Source: Octopus sinensis
Lineage: Eukaryota
Length of the DNA stretch: 64,000 nt
Assembly (NCBI RefSeq): GCF_006345805.1
Contig: NC_042999.1
Span: 116,684,001-116,748,000 of the forward strand
Direction of reading: 5' to 3'
The position numbers and the translations under genes are program-made. The notes beneath the pieces were generated by a model that saw only the letters and a program-made list of their open reading frames with translations, was not told the origin of the DNA and searched no databases. Positions 1 to 11,840 of the stretch are shown piece by piece (the first letter of the stretch is position 1; each line of letters opens with the position of its first letter).

Positions 1-665
1 CTAAATTATGGGTACATAAATAAACCAACATCAGTTGTGAAGTGGAGGTGGTGGTGAGACAAACATAAAGATGTGCACATAGATACATACATTATTACAC
101 ATACACACGCATGTAGATACGATGAGCTTCTTTCAGTTTCCATCTATCAAATGCAAGGCTTACACTGTCTAAGGGCTATGGTAGAACCCAGAATCATGTA
201 GTTGGGAAGTAAACATCTTACCACACAGCCACACTTGTACTTATATATATATATATAATCATATAGATGTATATGTATATTGCTAGTGTGATGCATGCAT
301 GTCCAGTTTATGCAGAGACATGTATACAGGACAGACTTACTCTATATGATGTGTGTATATCATCATCATCAGTCAATCCTATATACAAGTCATTCTTTGA
401 AGTGTATGTATATCTATTTAATCTCTTTCTCTCATCATGTTGAACTGTTAATCCCTACACATTTTTTCTCTCTCTTTTTTTTTTTATTTTTATTCTTTCT
501 CCATTTTACCCTCTCAATCATTTTCTGTCGAAGACCAGAGGCTTGAAACATCAAAGACTTTTCCATTCTTCCTGAACTTTAAGCTAATACACCTGCTTGT
601 TATTTCTTCACCTGTCTTCATTTTTTGTTTTCTGTAAATTTGAACTATATATACACAGAGAGAGA

Positions 666-1060
666 GGGCTGTGTGGTTCAGAAATTTGCTTTATAACCAC
701 ATGGTTTTGGGTTCAGTCCCACAATGTGGCATCTTAGGCAAGTGTCTTCTGCTATAGTCTCAAGCTGACCAAAGCCATGTCAGTGGATTTGGTCATAGAA
801 ATTAAAAGAAGCCCACTGTACAAATATATAATAGGTGTGTCTATCTTGGTATTACATGATAATTTGAAACAAGTGTCACTGTAATACAAGTGGTATTGTT
901 CAATTGCAAAGTTCTGTGGAAACATGTTTAGGTATGAGGAAAAAATACTTTGCTTGGAAACAGATAAGAATTTGCAACAGTAAGAACATCCAGTTGTAGA
1001 AAATCTGCCTTAACAAATTGCTTCTGACCCAAGCAAGCATGGAAAAGTGGCCATAAGACT
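666..1060 (+). mobile_element. Octopus tRNA-derived SINE (family A here) with RTE-like 3' tail
   Basis: Head ggctgtgtggt...aaccacatggttttgggttcagtcccac...ggcaagtgtcttctgctatag; tail acccaagcaagcatggaaaagtgg. Further copies at about 77-235 (-), 2080-2220 (-), 15250-15400 (+), 44250-44385 (+) and 58050-58170 (-). Confidence 0.8.
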
Positions 1061-3419
1061 AGTGACTATAATTACACACACACACTGGACCATGTTTACT
1101 TTGGTGTGAATTCTGGTTATACACTGTGTACTCTAATGTAGTATGTGTGCAAGCTTACTGTGTATAGTATATATTATAATATGGTTATAAAGTACAGAAA
1201 GTGTGCTATAACCATAGTTTTATTCAAGAGAGAATATTGAGCTTCTTTTTTTTGTATTGTTTTATTTTATGTTTAATGAATACCACCATCCCACACCATC
1301 AGAACTGAAAGAAAGGCATTGAATTAACATAATGTGATGCATAATCAGTCTGTGATTATGTACTTTAAGAACTTGCTGGTCAAAGTGAAGTGAATGCCAT
1401 GAGGCAGCAATGTATTGAGGTATTTTGGGAAAAATAGATAGTTGCAAAAGTTAATATGATGGTGCTTATGGTGAAAATATTGCTACTGTTGTTGCTGCAG
1501 TTTGCATCACTTTGTGAATAGTGTAGAGTTTATTCTTGTGATAGGACAACTAAATTAACTGATAAAAATATAAATCAAAAGAAGAAGGCTAATTTTGATG
1601 ATGAGCCAGGAAGTGAAGATTTTTCAGTAAGAGTTTATATGTTAGAAAGTCTGGTATACCAGTACTCAGAAGAAAGTGTGTCAGCTGTATAGGAGAGCAT
1701 ACTTGGGGAAACATCTGGTTGTGGTTGAGATATTTCTGTATTTTAAAGAGAAGGGCAAGTTTATTTGATGCAGTTTTGGCAAATTATAGAAGCACGTTCA
1801 CTAAAGTTGTGGCTCTTACTTAATGGTATTATTTTTTATCTTAGAAACAGATGAAGGCTGGCAACAGGAAAGGCATCCAGCCATAGAAAATCTGTGTGAC
1901 CAACGCAAGCATAGAAAAATGGAAAACAAAATGATGATGATGATGCTGATTTTCTATGATGCAAGATAGTATTTCACCATGATCAGACATGTTTTACATT
2001 GAAGATTGAAAGTGAATGACACTATTTGTATGACTTTGACTCTCATTTACAACTCTCACACAATGTCAAAATGTAGAGGCTCAATCTACCAAATGTAAGC
2101 ACAAGGCTTTGGTCAACCCTGGGCTTTAATAAAAGACACTTACATAAGATGTCACAGTGGGGCTGAACTCAAAATCACATGGTTGGGAAGCAAACTTCTT
2201 TACACAATCATGCCTGTGCCATGATTGGTAAAATTTCAGTACAAGAAGTAATCAAACTATTAAGTGTGCTTGACAAAGTCTGAGAACAGTGAAAATTTGA
2301 GGGCCAATTTTCAGCAAGAGTGGCTCAGAGTTTATATTTTGTATGTGAAAGTTGGTTAAATATGTGGCAGGTATGGAAGACAGTGATAATACACTGGATG
2401 TGAACTAGAGATGCTTGAAAAAACTGGTAGAGACACACTCCTTTCTGTAAAATAGAATGCTGGTATTTGATTTCTTGTAGAAGGTGATAGGTAAAAGATG
2501 AAGGGTTAGTTCTCTTTTGTCATGTGAAATTGATAGGAAATATATATACATATATTTTTTTGTTTTAGTGTGTCGTGGTGTTTGATTCTATAATTTTTAT
2601 TTTGTCTGAGGCTTAGAAGAGTTAGATTATTACACTTTCACTCTTTCCTTAGTTGCAGTCATTTGACTACAGCTGTACCAGAGCATCATCATCAAGGATT
2701 TTAGTTAATTTTATTGATTCATAAACTTATTTCAATCTGGTACTTATTTTGACAAATCCTATTTGTCAAACTACTAAGTTGCAGGGTTGGGACACAATAC
2801 AGATGCAGACATATTTTATCTAAGTTCTTGCTTGTTGTTACATTTTTTTGGTAAACACTTGTTCACTTCTACAAGAATTGGTTTCTCTTCTATGTTGATC
2901 CATTGACATTCATAGACCTACTTGCAGTTGCCTAACTTTCAATCATTTACAAAGACACTCCACTCCCTCTGTGTTACTGTATTTAGTACCATTTTAGAGA
3001 ACATTGAGCATTTCATTCATAAAATATTTGCTTTTGTTTTATTCCTTCTCCCACACTAGTGAAATGGAACTAATCCCAATAGCATTCATTATACGACTAA
3101 CAATTATTTTTAATGAAATTAATAAAAGCGATTATGAAGTATAGCTTAAACTGAGAGTAAAATATTGCTGTGTGATACTTAATCTGTCATTCTTATCCAT
3201 AATACCTCAGAATATTGTACCATGTACCCAGTATTGCCAAATTATTATTGGAAATTATGTCTAATGTATTCAACTATGTATGAATGATTGGTTGCTAAGC
3301 TTTTTATGTTTTATTTCATTTTTTAATTTTCATTATAAGGTAATCAGATATTTATTATCTGATGTTCAAAACCATGAGCCTGTATAACCCTTTCATTAAG
3401 ATGTTTCTATTGAAATACA

Positions 3420-3612
3420 TTGCTTTTATTTCAATTAATTTTGAAAATAATAAAGATTTAGTAAAAATAACTTAGTCATTAATATATTGGTGTTTGGGAT
3501 ATAATTTAAAATGAAATTTTAAAGGTAAATTTTAATTTAGTTTACTTTAAAGCCCTCAGTTTGTGTCAAGACCCAAGGACTGTTAGGGCAGGCTGGTATC
3601 AAAAGGGCTAAA
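3420..3612. mobile_element. Interspersed AT-rich MITE-like repeat; second copy at about 46325-46510
   Basis: Both copies share tatttcaattaattt..aaaataat.aaga.ttt..taaaata...tttaatttag and end ggc..g.tggta.caaaa...taa. Confidence 0.6.
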
Positions 3613-5549
3613 TGTTCTACAACAGCCTTTAGGAATGAAAATTGTAATTTAAGTAAAAAGAAAAAATGTATTGTACTTTTGTATTTTTATATATCAATAA
3701 TGGATAGTTCAATACTAAATGTGTTTAAATTGATGGAACTTCTTAGCTATGACAGTAGGGGAGTTATTTGTAGCTTCATTACTTATGCAAATAAGTCATA
3801 GATTTCTGCTGTAACTCTTATGTATTCTTAAAAAAGATGACTATGATTTAGAATGATACTGAAAGTTGAAATTGGTTCCAATTTATGTATACTTTTTACT
3901 GATATCAATCTAGTTGTTTAAAACATTTTAGATTATGCCCTACCTCATGGCATAATCTCTTCCACTGGAGGATTGAATCAGAAGGAAGAATTATCTTTTC
4001 TGTCCCTTTTTGACTCATAGCCTCACCTCAGTGCATCAATGATTATAGACATAGCCTTATTTTTAAAAAAATTTGATATGTATAGACTGACAGGATATTT
4101 TCTTTACATAGTTTGTCCATAGCAATCATGATGGAACACTGATCTATAGGTGCTTCTCTGCAGTTCAAGATAGCTGAAGTTATTTGGTAGCTGTCAGTAG
4201 TGGTATTTTGCATTCCCAGTCACAGAGAACCACATTAACTGTTTTCACTTATTAGATCTGTCAAATGGAGATATGATATAGCTATTATGGGTCCAGAAAA
4301 AAGTGCTTCCTTTTGTATTTATTTAAGTTTCACATCACTCCTCTGCAAATGCTTTGATAATAAGTAGCTTTCCATGTATGTATTCAGATAAATTACTTGA
4401 GCTTTCATAAGGCTACTGCTTGTATTTCTGTTTAATGAGCATTCTTCAACCTCCTGGATGTAATTTATTTCACTTGTACCCTCCAGACATAATTATTTTA
4501 TTACTTGTACATGTATGTGCATGTGAGGGCTTATTTCAGAAAGTGTTACCTGAATGATATGAGGCCGAACTCAAAGGCTATTTGAATTATTAGCTGCATG
4601 CTTTTGCTTCCTTAGTTCTTGTTAGTAGTGTCACTATTGATGGGAGAATTTGAAAATTGTTAGAGATTTACACCTTTGAATTATGGAGGTCAATCTGTTT
4701 TCTTTCTTTTTCAATCTTTGCTCTCCAAGTTAACAAGAATATTTTATGTAAATTAATTCATTAATGATTGTGGCTATCAATATGTGAAAATGCATGAGTA
4801 TTTGGTATCTATTTAATATTCATTTCTAATTTGTTTTTGTAATAAGATTTGAGCCAATCTCTGTATGGGAAACTTTTAAGATGGATAAAAAAAGGTGCTT
4901 TTTCTTTTTACAAAGATTAGACTAGTAATTACAAATTAATTGACAGTGCTGCCTCTATGATAGACAACTTTTCAATATTAGTATGGAGTCTTTTTGTCAT
5001 CATAACTGAAGTGGCCTCAAAGACTGTTGTTACATCTGTAAAACCTATAATCTGAGCAAGAAAGTTTGAAGTTTCCTTTTAGTCGTCTGGAGACATTCAT
5101 TCTCTTTTTCATTCACTTTTCTACGTCATGTTTATGCCTACTGAACTTGTTACAACACTGCAGATATTTTACTCTGACTAAAAGAACAATGACTTCTGTT
5201 ATACTTGTATCTTATCCTAAACTAGGACATTCCACCAATTTTCTATATTTTTATGGTTATGTATACACTTCATGTTTCTGTCAATTTTTGTCTCTTGGAT
5301 TATTATTGCTTTGTATATAGTGTTTTTATTTTATATAGTATTATGACTCACAGGAAAGTGATGTTTATCTGACATTTTCAAAGCAACTATTGATAACGCT
5401 GACCCTCAAGCTTCTTCACTGGCAGTGTAACATTTGTGTGTGTTGTGTGTATATTAATCAGTTGTATAGTTGCTCAAGGGCTGATCGTTTTACACATTTG
5501 TAGAACAAGCCTATTTATTTATATATATATATATTATATCATCATCATC

Positions 5550-5800
5550 ATCATCTTCGTTGTCATCGTCGTTTAACATCAGCTTTTCATGCTGGCATGG
5601 GTTAGATGGTTTGACAGTGCTAGCAAGCCAGAAGGCTGCACAAGGCTCCAGTCTGATTTGGCAAAGTTTTTACAGCTAGATGCCCTTCCTAATGCCAAAA
5701 TGCTTGAATGGTGCATTTTATGTGCCACTGGCACAGGAGCCAGTCAGGCGGCACTGGCAACGACCACACTCAAATGGTGCTTTTTATGTGCCACTGATCT
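5550..5800 (-). mobile_element. Retroelement 3' end (family C here: ...aggaagggcatccagctgta...acccatgctagcatgg...gttaaa(gat)n)
   Basis: Reverse complement of the tails at 14385-14531, 56800-56975 and 63280-63453. Confidence 0.8.
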
Positions 5801-6569
5801 TCCATAAAATCATGCTTGAGCATTGTGATGTCTATGTTTGAAAGACTGGAGAATTATTATTTTGCTCTGAAACAAGTGAGGGTTGGTGACAGGAAGAGCA
5901 TCCAGCCATAGAAAATCCAATTCAATGAATTTTATCTGACTCATGCAAATATAGGATAATAGAAATTGCAACAGTGATGTGTGTGTGTGTGATATACATA
6001 TGTGAATGTGTGCATTATTATACTCTTTTCTGCCAAATATCAAAATCAGAAATGTATATATCAAAATACAAGAGTTCCAAAAGTGGAAAAAATAATAAAT
6101 AAAAAAAAAAACGAGAAAGAAACAAACAGTAAAATAAAGTTTTCCCATGCTAGTATGTCTGCTGTATTTATTATCATCAGTAAATCTTATGTGGCTGTTT
6201 AAGTTAACCAGTTGATATTTCACCTGTGAAATCTTACACCCAGATCTTCACTACTGATATACTACCAACCATAATAACCTAACCTAAATAGACTCACCTT
6301 AAGAAAGAAAGGTAGACAGGCAACCTGAAAGTTGTAAAACTAGAGGCTCCTTCATTCTTCCAGCAACTAGAAGCAGGCTAAACACTAAACTAGATTGCAT
6401 CTGTTATCTTAACTCTTTAATACTTTAATAGGACATATGTTTTTATATATATATATATATATATATATACCTATATATATATGTGTGTGTGTGTGTGTGC
6501 TTTAAGTTTCTACATTTTTTTTCTAATGTAGCAGTAGCTAACATGTTGGCAAGTTCAAACACATATAAC

Positions 6570-6765
6570 AAACTGGTTTCAAATTTTGGTACCAGTCAGC
6601 AATTTCGATGGAGGTGATGGGTCGATTTCAACAATGTTGGTGCTCAACTGTTGCTTTATTTTATTGACCCCAAAAGGACGAAACTTAGAACATAAAGACA
6701 GACAAAATGCCACTAAGCATTTCTTCTGGTGTGCTAACAATTCTGTCAGCTTGTCACCTTAACAC
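6570..6765 (-). mobile_element. Family-B SINE, diverged with internal deletion
   Basis: ttttattgaccccaaaaggacgaaa...gacaaaatgccactaagcatttc...gtgctaacaattctgtcagct. Confidence 0.7.
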
Positions 6766-9700
6766 ATACAATGAATTGAAATTGTTGATTAACCCCAGAT
6801 TAGCTCTAACTGAACTGGTTTATTGCTCAAAGGCTATTCAACCATTGCTTATCTTGTCTATTTTTTGTTTTCTTTCTTTTGAAAGGTCAAGATTATGTAG
6901 GACTGCATAACCCAATATTTCCTTCCTTTGTTAAGATTAAGATTGATTGTAGGGTGTGATTCAAAGAAAATTTAGCTGTTATTTCTAACAGTTTGAGTGA
7001 TAGTGGTTAGATTTGGTTGCTCTTCTTGACATTGTCTGCTTGACTTTGAAGTGCAAGTAGCATTTTTTATCATATCACCTGATTCACTGAAACTAGTTTA
7101 GTCATGTTGCTACTATTGTTTAGCTCCAGCTTGGCTTCAACTAACCTGACCTTCTACAACAATCAAAGATTTTCCAGTCATGATCACCCAGTCTTTTCAT
7201 TTACTTATTCTTTTGCATTCAGTAGATCTAATCCAATACTATATTGTCCAACATGTTTTTTTATCCTTTAAAATGGTATAGTATGATTTGAGTGGGATTT
7301 ATCTGTTATTTCTAGTCTGTTGAGGTTCTCTCTTTTTGATCTCTACATTGAATCATGTTTCAATACAAGGATATTTGTATTGGTACTTGAGATGAAGAAT
7401 TTAGCATTTTGATAAAGGAAATCATTTGGAAATAATGACACAAAGCATGTTAAAACTGTGATCTGAAGTTTAGTGGAACTGAGGGTTGGGTAGCAGAGCT
7501 TTTAGGTTGGAGTAAGTGCCTGTCAATAAAGCCATTGTCGTTGGAGTTCATCAGTGATCTAGAAATGAAATGAAAATTTTCAAATGTGTCCATTTCTCAT
7601 CTGACATCTAAGGTTTATACCAGAAAATATAAATTAGTATATACCAGAAAATATAAATTAGTAGTCCGAAACTTACAAAGCCATCATAACTTATACCATC
7701 TGTCACTTTTATTTTAATACTATTTTAGTACTGTTATGTGTTTGTTATTGTGGTTTCTCCTTTTAGCTAGGCATGAAGAAGTAGAACTTATAGCTTTACT
7801 GACATCTCTGCCTGCTTGATGAGATTCATGGAATTGATGTTCGGCTTGAATTTCCCACTGGTTGTTGCTGTTAATATGAATGTATGTCTGTACGTATATG
7901 TAAGAAAGAAAGAGAGAATACTAAGGATTGAAGTTCTAGGAGAAAAGATTTGAGTGAAAGGTATGGTTTTTTTCTTGGGTAAGTGTAGACTAGGAATTCC
8001 AAGAGACAGAGCATTAGATAGAATTTGGTGTAAGGTGATACAATTTTACCTATTCAAAGGAACACAAAGTGTTGTAAGAAAGGAAAATACATTGGTGTGT
8101 AAATGGTTCTAATGTTTTTGTGGGAAAAACTTTATCAGATGTAAGTCAATCTGTAATGTTTGTGAGTATAACAACTCCTTTGTCCCTAATATATGAGCTA
8201 TTGTCCAGTGTCCAATGAACAATGTTTCTCAAAATTGGTCAATAATTACTGTTCAGTAACTTCTGGCTTTTAGGGATATGGTTTTTAAGCAAACAATTTT
8301 ATTTTAATCTTTAAAATGTTTTTAAATTTTAAAAAATGGCTTCAGTACGTTTGTAAAACTCTTATCTCCCTTGTCTCAAAGATGCTTTTCATTACTGAAA
8401 AAATATTCATCTAATTTCTGGTTATATGATTTTCTGTCATTGTCTCACTTAACTCTTTAGTTTATGTTAGTTTACTTAGGTTCAAAGCTTTTTCTTCTTC
8501 CCTATATATATAAAATTAAATAAAAGATAGACTGTCAAATTTTTATGAAGTTTCCTCTGAGTGTATGACTTCAATTTTACACACACACTTTTATAAATTA
8601 GAATTTATTGTCAAATGTAATTAACACAGCTCTTGTTCTGATATTAAAATGGATGTTGTAAATAGTTATAACAGTGAAATAATAATGTCTGTAATCTCCT
8701 TCTCACCTGGTTCAAGTGCTATTGACATAGTTTTTAATATAAACAGTTACTACTCAACTATCCTGTCTACTGTTAACTTTTCACCTTGGTCATCTGACCT
8801 TGACATAGATAATAATGTATGTTAGCAGAGTGTCACACTGTCTACTGCCACCTTTTCAGCTCTGTTCAGCTGCCATTATGCTAGATTTTAATGTAAACAA
8901 GTTCCAAAGTATTATAGAGCCACACTATCCATAGTTACCTTTTGACCAATTCCAAGATGTCATTGACTTAGATATTAGTTCAGAAATAACAAACGATGAT
9001 ATTAACCAGCATAGTTGACTCTGTTCCATTTCCCATTTCGTTTTTAAAAATAAGAATACTAACAAATGTGTTAGCAAATTCTATTTCTCCAAATTGCATT
9101 TAAACTTTGAAATATCTGCCAACAATAATATATAATGCTCATTGATATGTCTTAAATATTTGAAGAATATGTTATTTATATATTTATATGGTAACTTGTT
9201 TCTTTATTCATAAAATGTATTCTAAAATATAAGTTTTTCTTAATTCTTTTCTAAAATGATATGCCAAACAGAAAGCTGTTTCACACCATATTCTACTTTA
9301 CAGGTTTTAATTTTAAATATCCTCAAGTAAGTCAAACTTAAGAGACCAAGATCCAACAATTAGCTCTTAGCTGTCTTTTTTAAAAAAAGTAATAATAACG
9401 ATAAAAAAGAACATTTTCATTTTACCTACTGGGTGTTTTAGTGCTGAATCAAGTTATAAGGCTGAATGACTTCAACTTTAAATATTCAACTGAAAAAAAA
9501 AATGATAGAATTAGTACTAATATTCCTGAAGATAGATGGTATACACGTCTCTTGAGAATATACTGGGAAATCTCATTGAATCATCAGAAACTGTAGGACA
9601 TTTTTCAATAGGAAACAACTTACTAATCTGAAAATAAATTGTACTAGCATTTGGTTCTTGGTAGCATGCAGGAATAACTGGCCTAAAATTCTGTTCAAAA

Positions 9701-10250
9701 CTAGTTTGTAATTCCAACTGTGATTGCTTCTCAGGAAACGGGTTTTTATAGATATTTGTGTAATGTTCGTATCCAAGCAAGTCATTCTTAGAAACAAAAT
9801 TCATCCCAGTGTCCCACCCATAATTTATCAATGTACTTGACTGTCAATCAAGTAACTACTAATTATATGTAGAAAAATCTTGGAAGAATGGCTATCTGGA
9901 TTTAATTATTGCAGGACAGGGATTCTCAAGCCTAGGTATGCAACAAACACTCCAAGAATATATGAAATTTGTAAAAACTTTGAAACTTTAAAGCTATTAC
10001 AACCCACTACTTTTCAATAGTACATCGTCAGATTTAGTAAAGAGTATTATAAAATTACTGTTTGGAAGTTTTGACTTCCAAATATAATAATTTACGAGAA
10101 ATTGTACATTTGTCTATTTAGATGGTAAACCCATTGTATCATATTATCGTATTAAGACGTTTTACTATATATTCTTCACGAGGCATACGTATGATAACAC
10201 GGTTGGATATGATAAGTGAATACTCTGGAAGAAAAACTTTGAGAAGTCCT

Positions 10251-10474
10251 AGCTGACAGAATCGTTAGCACACCGGGCGAAATGCTTAGCGGCATTTCGT
10301 CTGCTGTTACGTTCTGAGTTCAAATTCCGCCGACGTCGACTTTGCCTTTCATCCTTTCGGGGTCGATTAAATAAGTACCAGTTACGCACTGGGGTCGATG
10401 TAATCGACTTAATACCTATGTCTGTCTTTGTTTGTCCCCTCTGTGTTTAGCCCCTTGTGGATAGTAAAGAAATA
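10251..10474 (+). mobile_element. Octopus tRNA-derived SINE (family B here), CpG-intact copy
   Basis: gcagaatcgttagcacaccgggcgaaatgcttagcgg...gttctgagttcaaattccgccga.gtcgactttgcctttcatcctttcggggtcg. B-box-like GAGTTCAAATTCC. Many diverged copies in the window. Confidence 0.9.
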
Positions 10475-11343
10475 TATACTGATTTCCCTCTAACCAAAGA
10501 TACATTGTACTCTAGTAACTTGTACATTTACTTACAGTACTTTCATGGATATGATTGAACTAATATCTTAATCTCTACTTGAGTGTTTTTTATTTCAAAT
10601 CTTGAAAATGTTTGTTACAAGCAAGTACTCATAGATGCAAACTTTCTAGTCCTCAGAACTGATACCGACCAAGGTCGGATGATATGGTGCAATGCAATCT
10701 TCTTGTACGTCTTTTAAAAATTGTTTATTGCCGCAATGTTTTTGACATTTTAGCCTGATTTTGTTTACCGTCACTCAGTCTTTTGATTTCTTTTTATTTC
10801 ACTTCAATATTTAGTGACATACATGCACCAGTGGTGGCGATGGGGATTGTCGTGATAAGCCATTTACCTCTATAATCATTTTAACGACTAGTGTACTTGC
10901 ACAACTGTGGACTTTATCAAATACTCTTCAAAGTTTATGAGCCCCACCACCATCAAACCAGTGCACCATCACCACTACTCGAAAAATAAATAAATGAAAT
11001 AAAAATAAAATTAGTGTTCACCCACCATCACTAACACATCGCACTCTTCACTTACTGCTAGCAGCTACCGTAGACTGTTTAGACAGTTAAGTAAGTTGTA
11101 ATGTGTGCACACATATACTGGTAATGACGGACACACGCAGACATGCATACATATACATACATATTACGTAAAAGCTTTGGTTCCAGGCTTGCTTCCACAT
11201 CAAACTAATCTCTGCCACTGATATGATGCAAAATCAAGACCAATTTAAAGCAATCTATATTTAAACTTAGTGATAATAAATGTGAGTGGAAGTTTACTGT
11301 TTTCTATTTTGGTAGGGGCTAAAACATTTTGTTTATGGCAGCA

Positions 11344-11346
<3 letters not shown>

Positions 11347-11423
<77 letters not shown>
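11347..11423. repeat. (CT)n-(AT)n compound microsatellite
   Basis: Direct reading. Similar (CT)n tracts at about 18987-19047 and 28776-28842. Confidence 0.95.
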
Positions 11424-11428
<5 letters not shown>

Positions 11429-11809
11429 ACACACAATATGCACCAACATGTCTATATACATGCAGACATAAACACATGCATCTAACATTTTAATACAGGC
11501 TACGGAATTTTTGTATTAGTTATCAGTGTTATTACTTTTATAGTTTTGCTTGTTTGTTACATACTCTTAATGTGATATTAATGCTTGTCTGTCTGTTCCC
11601 CCCCTTCTCTCTATCTTTCTTTCTTTACACACACACACCCGTCCCTCCCCCCTCTCTCTCTCATTCTATTCTTGTTGGCACACCTGGAAAGGTTTCTTAG
11701 CTTCTGTCAGACTCAACTTTGCCACATAATTTAATTGAACAAGCAGGGAGTAGGCAAGGAACAGCGAAGCTATTTGTACACAGGCAATTAGGACCAAACC
11801 TTTATACAT

Positions 11810-11840
<31 letters not shown>

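Noticed and set aside
1270-1800. Possible hAT transposase remnants (also about 4860-5220 on the minus strand)
   Set aside because: Only vague compositional similarity; no diagnostic motif or TIR that I could support.
7380-8060. Possible CR1-type LINE remnants on the minus strand (an SDH-like endonuclease word)
   Set aside because: A single short motif in heavily degenerate sequence; insufficient to call.
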